This document shows, piece by piece, positions 32,801 through 44,800 of a stretch of 64,000 nt of DNA. The translations under genes were made by a program, and so were the position numbers. The notes beneath the pieces were generated by a model. The model was given only the letters and a program-made list of their open reading frames with translations, did no database searches and was not told the DNA's origin. This DNA comes from Setoptus koraiensis. Taxonomy: Eukaryota; Animalia; Arthropoda. The DNA lies in NCBI GenBank assembly GCA_048013815.1, contig CM106586.1:18166001-18230000 (forward strand), in the 5' to 3' direction. Within the stretch, counting starts at the first letter, position 1. Each line of letters opens with the position of its first letter.

Positions 32801-35800
32801 CGAGCCGCGCGGACAATCGCATACCATCAAATAATCATTACTTTGGACTGCTCATGCGGCCGCAAAAGAAGACGCAAAATGCGAACGAAATACGAAATGC
32901 AAAACGAGAAAGATGCAACATGCCAACTGCTGCATTGCGACCAGCCATGACGCGCCGCGATATGACGCGCACAGTCATTGCGTCATTGTTGGGCCCCTCT
33001 TGCCCGTTGACGCAACTCTGACACATCGGCAACTGGCTGGCACAGTTGCCGCAGCCAAGCCGAGACCAGTGTCGAGCTGGCCCAAAATAAAACTGTTTTT
33101 GCGCGCACATCTTACATAACGTCTTACAAGTCATGATATATATATATGACTGTTTCTTTGGCCCGTTTGCGCTACTTCTACTCGGCTCGGCTCAGCTCGT
33201 TTCAATGGCAACCCAATGCGCCGCACACAATCATTTTTTATCTATCCGTGCACCTATGCGCGCCTTTCTGGCCCGCATTATCCGTTGGCGCGCTGTGCCG
33301 CTTTGGGCCGGCTGGCCCGGCGCTGCTCGACTTGGTCCCGGCCCCTCGAAACTGTCGCGACTCGCTGCTAGCTGGCGGGCCGGCGGCCGGAGCTGGTGAC
33401 AGAGCATGATGTGATTATAATTGAGATCATTTGTGTGCATGCCGGAGAGCGGGCACCGCGGGCCGGCTTTCAACGGCGCGCCGGACAGGCAGCGTAACAG
33501 ACAGAGAGCGCGTGAGAGAGAGAGAAGGCACAAGAATGAAAATAGAGAATAAAATAAAATAAAATGTATCTCTTGTCATTTGTTGTCGGGCATCTCGCAT
33601 CTCGGCACCTCGCTTTGTGTGTGCTTGTCGCGCTTGCAACGGGCCCCGGTCGACGGGCCCCGGTGGGCGGCTGCCCGAGGCGAACCGGTGCCAGTCCAGC
33701 AGTTGGCCCGCAGTTGCCCGTCCGCTCGGGATCTGCGTTCGTCGGGGCGACTGCGGACGCAGAGTCGCCGAATCGCATCATCGGACTGGAGGCCATTCCG
33801 ATGGGGGGCACGGCAACGTTTTTGGGCCAGTTTCGTGTTTAGCTGACATTTGGCTGCTCTCGAGTCTCGACAACATGGCAACGCCGTTGAGTGGGCCCGC
33901 AATTGATCGCAATTGGTCAAAATCGTCAATTGAATTCAAGTGTCGAGCTCGACAAGCGACACTCAAACACTGAGGCGCATTCAAATTCAAATCGCCAATT
34001 GTCGCAACGTGTTGGCGTGTGTGTGTGTGTGTGTGTGTGTGATCATTTATTCAGAGGCGCGCGATCATCAGTCATGCTACAAAAGTCATGTTACGAGAGT
34101 CATGTTGTTACGTAAGCAAGTGCCCGCTGCCCACACTGGCTTACGTAACAGCATGAGTTTGGCCAGTACAAGCGGATAGATACGGATGGCTGCGAGGTGT
34201 TGCGATGGTCAATTGAATTGAGCGGCCAGTGGCGGCTTAAGCGCCGTATGAGCAATGATGATGATGATGATTACGGTTGCTGTAACAACAATTTGCTGCA
34301 AACCAACTCGGCAGCAATAAAATGACAGCATTACAAGCAGTGATTGTGCACAAGTGGCGCTACCTCTGCTCGCCGCTGGCAAGCTAGCGTCACCAGCGGC
34401 GAGCTAGCGTCACCAGCGGCGAGCTAGCGTTACCAGTGGCGAGCCAGCGGTAATGGCAACGTAGCCCGTGGCGCGTGCGTCACGTGTAACTTGTAACTGG
34501 CCTCGTATCATTGTTGTTTGCTGGTCACTTGACCGCTGGCTGGCCAGCCAGCCACCGATGCCAGCCAACGGTCAAGTGATTAACAGAGCCAATCCGTGCC
34601 GCGCCACCTGCTCGACGGCGCGCCAGCTCCGCAAACGACCGCTAGGTGCAGTGCGCACATTTGTTTTGGTTGGCCGTTGGGTCTCGCTTTGCCAAATGGA
34701 GCTGGCGGCGGAAGTCGCAAGTTGCAAGTCGCAAGTCGCCACTGGAAATTAGATACGGCACTGGCCGCCAGTCGCACTGGCCGCTATGGCCGAGCCAACA
34801 GCGGAAAGGTCAGCTAAATGGCCGGTCGGTTGTTGTGCGGCCAGAAGCGCAGTGGCGGCCAGAAGGATGAGAAATTGCCACAGATCTGCGATAGATTTGC
34901 TGTGGCGGTCGGCCGGCCCGCCACTGGGCTCGCCCGAGCCAAATAGCTTTGCCAAATTGCACCCGCTCGCCGTTAGTCGGTTGGTCGGGGCCCCTGTTTC
35001 GGTTACTGGGGCGCCTGCCGGCTGCTCGTAGCGATTTGTCGGCGGCTCGCAGCGATTTGTCGGTTGCTCGTAGCGATTCCTCGGTTGGTCGGGCCGTTTG
35101 TCGGACTGGCCGGTCTGGTCGGCCGGCCGACGGGCCAGAGCGGCAGCGCCAGGCCAGCAGCGACTGGGCAGCGCGCAGCAGGCCAAAATGAAATGCCCAA
35201 ATCGGCCGAATTGGCCGAATAAAATGACGACACGGACAGACGAGTGGCTATTTTTGCAAGTTGCAAGTTGTTTGGCGCAACAACAACGCCGAAACAACGC
35301 CGAAACAACACAAACAAGTGCTCAATCATTAGATTCTAATCTAAACAGGCAGCGCTGCGTTACATAACCGCGCTGGCTGGCCGCCATCGCAAGCGCGCTT
35401 GTTGCGGATAACGGGCAATTGTGTTACGGATAGCGCCCAAGCTTGCGTTGCGGACGGCGCCCGATCGCGTTGCGGGCGGCTCCCGATTGCGTCGGGGACG
35501 GCGGCCAATCTGGGCCCGCGCGCCGGCCCAATGGCCGCCAATTGGCAATATTTGGCCGCTGTCTGCGGCCGCCGTCCGCGGCCGCCGTCTGCAGAGATAC
35601 TTGTCAGTGGGGCCCGCGCGAGCATCTTGCTGTGCGCCAGTCGGCTCCGGTTGTCAGTGTGCGGCATATCGCTTATTGGGTGAGTTTGTCATCGCTGCGC
35701 CCAGCGCCGGGCCCCGGCCCCAGCGACGGCCCAGCGACGGCCGAATCAGCGCGAGCAAGCGGGCCGGCCGAAAATGGCCGCCGTTCATCATTATGTCATC

Positions 35801-38800
35801 GGCGACAACTGTTCCGAAAGTGGCCCGCTCGGGCGCGCCTGCCGAACAGCGACGGCCAGTGGTCGTTTTGCCGCTGTTGGCATTTTGTCGCCGCCAAACG
35901 ACGGCACCGCGATTGGGGCCAGTCGCGGGCCCCACTCTGGCCCCAGCCGGCCATTTGTTGCCAGCTGCAACGGGCAAGCGGTGCGCAAATTGGCCTCCCC
36001 ACACACACACACACACACACACAACAACTGGCGCCCCATATCCAGTTGGCGCCACACACAGCCGCTGGCAAGGTAATGTCCATATCGCACGAGTGTGTGT
36101 GTGTGTCAGCTAGACAGCTCATTATAATATTTATTGCGCAATGCCGTTGCTGGCGCAGCTCACCTGAGTGTTTGCATGTGACACTCGCTAGGTGTGGGCA
36201 CGCAGCGGCAGCGGCAATGCGTCATTAGTGGGCGCCACCTTTTCCGGCCAGCCGACACACTGGCCAACTGTTCGGGTAGCGCCGGCGACGCACCAACGGC
36301 CGGCCGACGCACCAACGGCTGGCCGACGCACCGACGGCTGGCCGACGCACGAACCAGGGGCCAAAACCGCAAGGTGGCGCCCGTAATTAGGGCTCGGCTT
36401 GCCCATATCTGGCCACTTTGGGCAGCAGTTGTGCCCTGTCTACCTTTGCACCGAGCAACATTGTGCAACCGGCCCGCTGTTACCCGCCAAGTTGACACCA
36501 GAGGGGAGCCGGGCCACCGACGCACTGTCAACCATTGTCCAATATTTGGCGTGCGCGCAAACTGCACAAGCTCGCCGTGACAATAATTATGGCAATAGCC
36601 GAGATAAGATTGACAAGACAGCGAGACGAGCAATTTCGGGGCGCGGCCCGGTGGCCCCATTGGCAGCGTTGGCAGCGTTGGCAGCGTTGGCCCGTTGGCC
36701 CGTTGGCCCCGTTGCCAGCGCTGGTGGCGTTGCCCGCGCGGCCCGCATTGGCACTAGACGAACGGACAAAGCGTTATTGTTTTTCGCATATTACATGACA
36801 GTTGGCTCCCGTTTCGGGCCGCGGCCCGCACCGGCAGCCAGGCAACGGTGTCAAGGTATCCGTCTGTCCGTCTGTGAGTGGCAACTGTCTCGCTGTTGTT
36901 GCGCAACAGCCCGAGCGGCGGCCCCGAGCCAGCATGTGACGCGGCGAGCGGCACAATGCTCACAATGCTGACACAATGGGATCGGCTGAACAGCGAGTCA
37001 CTCTGTCACAGGGGCACAGATTTATTCGCGCTCGCGCACCATCGGGCCTCGCCCGATTGTCAGCCGTGGGGCCCCATCGTGCAGGCGTGTGTCACATTGT
37101 CATAATGCGAGCGTGACAACTATCAAGTTTGATTCGTTTAATTGTTACGTAACACAAATCAGTGCCCCACTAATGGGCCAATGCCGTGCCGTGTCTTGGC
37201 GCGTCTCGGCGCGTCTCGGCGCGTCTCCGGGCATCTTGGCGTAGCTTGCCAACGCTCACATTATGAGAAATATACAGCTGAGCAACGGTGACAAGCGACG
37301 GACATAACGGCACACACACACAGCATATGGCAGCGCGGTGTGATTAGGGCAACAGCTGGCCCGGCGCTGCCGTGATTTACTGTTCGGGCGGGGGGGGGGC
37401 ACGTTGTCAGTGGGCCGAGCCAGCAGTCGCAAGCCAACAGTCGCAAGCCAACAGTCGCGGGCCAACAGTCGCGGGCCAACAGTCGCAAGATGTGACAATT
37501 GTCGTCGATTGTCACATGCGAACACGACTGGCACTTGCCACGCTCAGCCGCCGCCATTGTTTTGGGGCCCGCTCGCATGACAGTTGCCGCATCTAGTTGT
37601 GGGTCGTTAGCGCTGTGCCGCGGACTGTGACAGCGGCATCGGCTGTCACAGTGCGCGCGTCACACTCAAACCGTCCGAGTCAGACGGACAGACAGTCGTC
37701 ATCTTTGGCGAGCTAGCCAAGCCGTCGCTGCCGTTGTTGTCGTTGTCGTTGTTGTTGTCGCTGTCGTTGCCGTCGCTTTTGTCGCTGTCGAAATTGCACA
37801 GTGACAATTTGCGACAGTGAGCCGATGCAAATTTTGCGTCGCGAAGGTGCCCTCCTGTGCGCAGCTCGCTAGCTCGTGGCGCGGCCCGGCCCGGCGAGCC
37901 AGCTGGCCCAAGAGGCAGCTGGCGACAGCTCAGTTTCCGGTTTCATACGCAACGCCATACATCAGCGCAGTGCACGAGCGTGCACGAGCGAGCGCAATCG
38001 TCGGCACCAACTTGGCTGCACCGTTCTGCTGCACAGCGGAAAAGCCATTTAATTAAAAGTGGCGCCGCATCGCGCCGCCAATCTGCATACAAACTGGCCG
38101 CTGCCGGCCAGTGTAGATGGATCACGACACACCCACATATATCGCTACGCACCCAGATATATCGCTATACACCCAGATATGTGGCGACGTACCCAGGCAT
38201 GCCCAGATGGGTCGAGAGAGGGGCCCCACACGCTCGTGGCCCCAATATTCGGCCACTCGGACCTGGCTGGAAGTGTAAAGCGAGCGTGCAAATAATATAG
38301 AAATGCAATAATGCGCATTCAAGCGGCCGGCGGCGTCGATTGGCCGGCCGCAAACAACAGACGGCAGCGTGAATGATTGCGCAATCATTAGCATAAGCCG
38401 CTTGGTGCACTTTGTTGTGCCCTCTCTCTGGGCCCCATTATCTGGCTGGTACGCAAGGGGTGCAAACGAGATGATGCCGAGATTGTTGTCACATCATCTG
38501 TGATCCTGGCGTGGCCACTGTCGCATTCTCATGCGACAGTGGCAATTCGCCGGCGAGCGACACTTCTCATTTCCGTATGTTTATGCGCATTCTGGCGGTG
38601 GCATTGTGTGTGTGTGTGTGTGTGTGTGATGGATCACATTTATCACATCTTTATTTGGTCACATTTGTTGCGGCCCGACAACGAGCTGATACACCCGAGC
38701 GAGTGTGAGCGGGGCAAGAAATGTGACTCGGCAAACACTCCAGTTGCGTGCGTATCGATCAATGGGTCAATGGTCGTTGTTATTGTCACCATTGACTCTG

Positions 38801-41800
38801 GCCGGGCCGGCCCATTGAGGGGTCCCTCGCCCGTCTCGAGAGGTCCGCTTGATGCGCACAGGGCCACACACTTGATTCCGGCTGTGCATCAAGCGGCTGT
38901 GCATCAAGCGGCTGTGCAAGTGATCATAATTGTTGCCCACTAGACAAACACTTGGCATTTGGCAAATTTCTGCTGCCACAATCACGGGCTAACGGGGCCA
39001 ACAATGATTGCGCAAACGGAAGAGAGATAAAGATCGAGGCTTCAACTGTGTTCAAATGTGCGCCTTGCGTGACCAACGGGGCCCGCCAACGCGGGGGCGC
39101 CCGTTTCCGTTGGCTGCCACCAGCCAGCGTCCATATTACTGCTATGATCCATAATATTAATGTTTAATATGCTGTATCCAGTTTCCTTGGCCGCATATAT
39201 CGCATATATCGCATATATCGCATATATCGCATATATCGCATATATAGATGAGCGAGCGGCACCTCGTGTGGCCTCGTGTCGCACCAATCGCCTTGCTGCG
39301 AGCGGCCGACCTAGCTGAAACCGGATGAAAGCGAGCCTAACGCGAACCCTAATGATGGCCCCACACACACACACACATAATCACTCATTCGGCAAATAAT
39401 AATGTATAAATATAATATGCGGTCTGGTGCCAATGTTGCCGTTGCCCGATAATAATTATCGCCCAGTCAAGAGCCTAATCACTTGGCCGCTCGCTTGCCG
39501 TCAAGTGCCGATGGTTGCATCCATCTGGCCACTTATTATGTGTACCACTGCACATTGGCTACTTATTGCGCTTATATTAATCGGTTGCATTGTCACATAG
39601 TTACCACATACACTGTATAGTATACATAGTATAGGGGGCGCCTTGCGAGATTGCGCCCCCTATACTATGTACACCAAAGGCCCGTGGCAAGTTGCTCTAG
39701 TCGCCTCCACAGCTAGAGCAACTTGTCACGGGTTCTGGGAGATGAATAAGAGAGTTTTGGGCCATGAATAACTGTATTTGTGTGCGCCGTTACCATTGGG
39801 CAACAATGCGACAAAGTCAATTGTTCATCGTCGCGCCTACATTTTGGCCCCATTGAGCCGCACAACTCGTGAGCCGGCCCACACACATATTGCGGCTCAC
39901 AATTTGTGGGGTGCCCCAACGGATATCAACCGGCACATGTGCGCTGCATGAGCACTGGCGGGCACAAACTGTCGGGCGGGCACAAACTGTCGGGCTGGCA
40001 CAAACTGTCGGGCCGGCAAACTAATCCGCACACAGATTAGTTTGCCGACCCGACAGGGGAGGCGTCAAATGGTCAAATGGTCAGCAAATGGCCATATGTC
40101 CGTTTGTATCAGTATTGCTTTGGTTGGCCGTCGTGGAGGGCTTACATCATGTAAGCTACACGACACTCACAACTGAACATATTGCCTCGATTGCGAGTTC
40201 ATGCACATGCCACTGGCAGGCTGGCTTGAGGGGCCACAATTGGCCAGATTATGATCTGGCAGATCGTTTCGGTGCTAAAAGATCAATCAGTGGCTGTTGT
40301 GGCAAAACAAGCCCACAATCATACCAATTGGTCACTGGATTGTCACTGGTGGTCAACACATTGTCGGTGGTCAACACATTGTCAGTGGTCAACACATTGT
40401 CAGTGGTGGGCCCATCCATGGGACACAATGCGTTGACCGCCGACAAGGTGCAATACATATCTCGCTACATGTCTATCTGTGGGTCGATATTGGTTGTATC
40501 CTATTGGCGATCGTATCACCGAGACGAGCGAGCAATCTTGCCATCAGCGCAATCCCATCAGCCCACAATACTATCAACGCGACAGATGTTGCTCGCTCAT
40601 GTTGAGCGCGCGATCACACTGCGCTGCCCATCGGGGGCCCCCTCGAATCGATTATGTAATCATCGGTGAGCGGCCACACACATTCAAAATCAATCTATCA
40701 AGGTAATCGATCATCTGGTGCCATTCACGCCACACTGACTGGCCAGTGAACTGACCATTGAACTGACCATTGAACTGACCAGTTGAGTTGAGTGGAGTGG
40801 AGTGGTCGAGATGATCATTAGCTGAGCTGTTGGCGTGATATTCACAGCTATTCTAGCAACCAGTTATTATGACCACGATCATCATGAGTCATGATAAGAG
40901 AGAGCCCATTAGCAATTGAAACAATTGAACAGTGATAACAACCATTGCCGGCAATTAGCCAAGCCAGGTTGTTGTCGGTTCATTGGGTTGGCTGGGCCCG
41001 CGTGTGGCCATTAGTTTTGAGGGCCCGTTAGTTTTGCATCACTGGCTTTCATCGTTCAAGTGAAAATGATAGCCATAATGGTGTTGCGCGAACCGGCCAC
41101 CCTTCGCTTAGCTGTGCACTGTGAACGAGGGCAACAATGGTCGCGCCCGTCATCGCCAAGCAGCAAACCGACCGTTGCCAGTTGACCAGACCAGTCTATT
41201 TGAGCCCAATTCGAGCCCAATTCGAGCCCAATTCGAGCCCAATTCGGGCCCGATTCGAGCCAAGTGATGCGATCACTTTCATCGGTCGCCTTACCAACTT
41301 GCAGTTGTTGTATTGTACAATTGGTGCCGAGACCGAGATGCAACGTTTGTGATGCAATTGTGTGATGCAATTGTATGGGGCCGATCCGCGGCCGACATGC
41401 AATAACTAATGTGCTGCAATCATCATTTATAATTGCTGCTGCTGCTGCTGGGCACACACAAATGGCACAAACAGGTTGGCGAGGTACGCGGCCACATGCG
41501 GCGACAATACCAACAGATACCAACAGATACAAGTTGCGGTGTGCAACATGCGCTGTTTTGAGCGAATCTAATTGAATAAGAACATAGAAAACATGTTAAG
41601 CTAATTAGCGAACCGATCCATCTTGCTTAATCACGTGGTCACTTGTTTGTGTTTGCCTGTTGTTGGCTGAGTGATCATGACACCGTTGCCAGTCTAGTGG
41701 CGAGCTGGCTAGTGTACTAGTGCTGGCAACCAGAGTCTAGTTACTAGAGGCAAACAATTATGTAAGAGCAAGCAAGTGGCAGTAACAAGGTGATAGAACA

Positions 41801-44800
41801 ATGCACGCGAAAGCCAATTTGTTTGTTTGTCTCTTTGGCTGCGGCTGTGGCTGTAGCTGTAGCTGTAGCAACTTATTACATCATTATGGTGCATTATTTA
41901 GTTTGCAGTGCAGTGTTTGCGAGCGAGCTTGCAGTTGGCCCGACTTGGCAAATGCTGGCGCTGGCTGTTACCGCAATTGACCCGGCCCCCGTACACACTG
42001 GCCGTACAATATTGCACACAATGGCATAATAGTTGGCCAGCGTCGAGCTGGCCACTGGCCAAGCGGCAGACAAACGTAAACGTGTAGGTGGCGCACGAGC
42101 GGGCCATGGGCAAGAAATTTGTTTCAGCTGCTAAGTTGTTGAGTTGTTGTGTCTTGTTGTTGTCGTTGCTTGCGCCAGTTGCGTACATATATATATGCTA
42201 TAATGTATATATATATATATGCTACATATATATATATATATATATATGAGTGTGTGAATGGCACGAGATAGAGCGCGAGAGGAAGCTTCATTAATCAAGT
42301 TTGTTGGCCCCGGCGCGCGCCTCTCCCCCCGCTCGCGCTCTGTCGGCCAGTTATATCGTTGGGCTCTAATTACTTGCTCGTCTGCTGCTATTGAGGCATC
42401 ACAGGGCATCATTATATTATATCATGTCGGCCCATTCTCTCGCTGGCTAACTTGCTGACTAGCCAGCGAGCGAGCAAGCGAGCCAGCCAGCCAGCCAGCC
42501 AGCTATTTTTGGCTAACTAACTCACTGACTAACTTGCCAAACTGACAAACAGCTCCTAGCTACTGGCTATCGTATTACATCATTTCTAGCGCCGCTACTG
42601 CCGCTAAACTAATAACTACCCTCCACGCTACACGCTCTATTGATATCAATACTAGTAATATTCTTTTGGTCATGCTGATGATGTTGATACAAGCGACCAG
42701 TTACTTGACTTGTTCACACAAACCTTTGTGTGGGGGTGTGCTACACAAATTGGCTTCGGCGGCCCATTCGCAGGCGGCCCATTTGCAGGCGGCCCACTGG
42801 GCAACGTGTGTATCATGTTTCCATGCCTAAGTCGGCCGCGTTCTTCGGCCCCATTTCTCGCTTGCCCATGCCAGCCAAGCGAGCGCCGCCGTCGCTCGTT
42901 GCCTTGCATTCATTGGTGCGCGCCGAGGCCCCACCAAACAATGGCAAGGAAAAATTTTTCTTGCGCAACCTTATGCCGTCACAATTAGCGCCAAGGCGGT
43001 ACCTTATCAACGTTTTTGCAGTGGGTGCCACCTCCGATGGCGCGCGCGATCTAAAGATTAGACCACGCGCACCAGTGTCGGGTGACTCGCCCCATTGCGG
43101 GCTGTTTGCCGCTTGCCAGGCAGCCAACGGCCCGAGGATCCGGCCAACGGGAGGACCCGGCCAGCAAGGGGGCCCGGCCAGCGGGGCACCCGGCAAGCAG
43201 AGCCGAGAGGAGCGGTTGCGCCGAAAAATGAATATCTGTTATTGTTTCTCTCATGCCAATAGGGCATGGCATTCACAAATTGTGAATCACAATTATCAAT
43301 GCTGATCTCGATGCGAGAACAAGCAAAAAATGCCCGTCTCGGGCACACCGAGCAGCCAGCGCGAGCTGTGCGTGGCAGCCAATATGGGCGAAGTTTTTAA
43401 CGGCTAAATAATAATTTGTACTAATATCGGCGCGTGTCAAGCAAGAAAATATCGCATAGATGGGAAAAAGCGATTGGCCAAAACAGTGCAACATGCGACA
43501 GTGCTTAGGTGTGCGTTTAGGCGTGCATGCGTCTAGTGGAGCGCATTTGGCCGCAGAGCGCACTGTGTTTTGGTGCATCAATGGGCGAGCGCGTCGCTGA
43601 TACGCGCGTATATGCGAATACGCGCGTATATGCGAATACGCAGCTCGCACACGCGAATAGGCCGCATATATGCGCGCGCCCGTGCAACGGCTACCTCGTT
43701 TCAGTTTGGCTGCACGGGCCACAACAATTGCTGGGCCCATGCACCTCGTTGCGACCATTGTGTCACTTGAAGCTTTCTTGCAGACTCAACCGCTGTTGTC
43801 TAGCAGATGGCACTGCCAGACAACGAACGGATAATTGATGGTGGTTCCCCCTTCTCTCACACGGCTACTTTGTGCCTACAATTTGTGTGTGTCGCCCAGC
43901 TCGCTTGCTGTTGCAGACTTTGCAAGACACACGGACCCAAAATGATGTAATATGTATTGTGTGTAATATGTGTGCGCAATTGGAACGCGCAACTAGAACA
44001 AACGTCAGCTCTTGCTTCTGCTTTGCTCACGGCTCGAGTTTGAGTTGTTGCAGCAGGTAAACGGCTCGAGTTGGGCAGAGCGAGAGAGAGACAAACAAAT
44101 AGATTGCGACAATAGTGACACCGTGTCACATGGCGCCAGCGCCAATTCAATTTGGGGAGCTGGCCAAATTTGGGTTTGATCCGTTTGATCGAATCCAATA
44201 TATGCTGATTGATACAATTTTTGCGATCAGATTCGCGCACCAACCAGCCAACCGACCAGCACACACACACACGCTCAGCTGGAGTGGCGGCCATAGCTTA
44301 TTTTTGGCTCGGCTGGCGCAACAAAGAGGCCGAAAGAAGCGAAGCGAAACGAAACGAAACGCCCGCGATGATATAGCGACAAATATAGTCCGACAACGGC
44401 AAACACACACGCCAGGCAAACATTGACAGGCCCGCTTGTGTGTGTACCCCGCGCACCTACCCCGTAATTACCTCGTGCGTCTTGACAGGGCCCCTCGCGT
44501 TTTGGCACATATATCAATGATGGCAATATTATGGCTTATGCCGCCGCCGGTACGTGCAAATGGGCATTTGCAGTCTGGCGCAGTGGCCATGCCGAGAATT
44601 GGCGCCGCCATGCCGAGAATTGGCGCCGCCATGCCGAGAATTGACGCCGCCAGGCGGAGAACAATGATCGAAAGTGTTGCTCGGCCAGCGTCTTGGCCGG
44701 CCAGTGTCTTTGGGGCGCCCGTTTGGGCCGGCCTATTAACGGATATCTGGGCAAAGATAAAAAAGTTGCTCGCCGCACACACACACTCTGATTATGATTC

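Noticed and set aside
40236-40282. RFamide-like DYDLADRFGAKR in the nested ORF
   Set aside because: The Gly is not directly followed by a dibasic site, and there is only a single copy.
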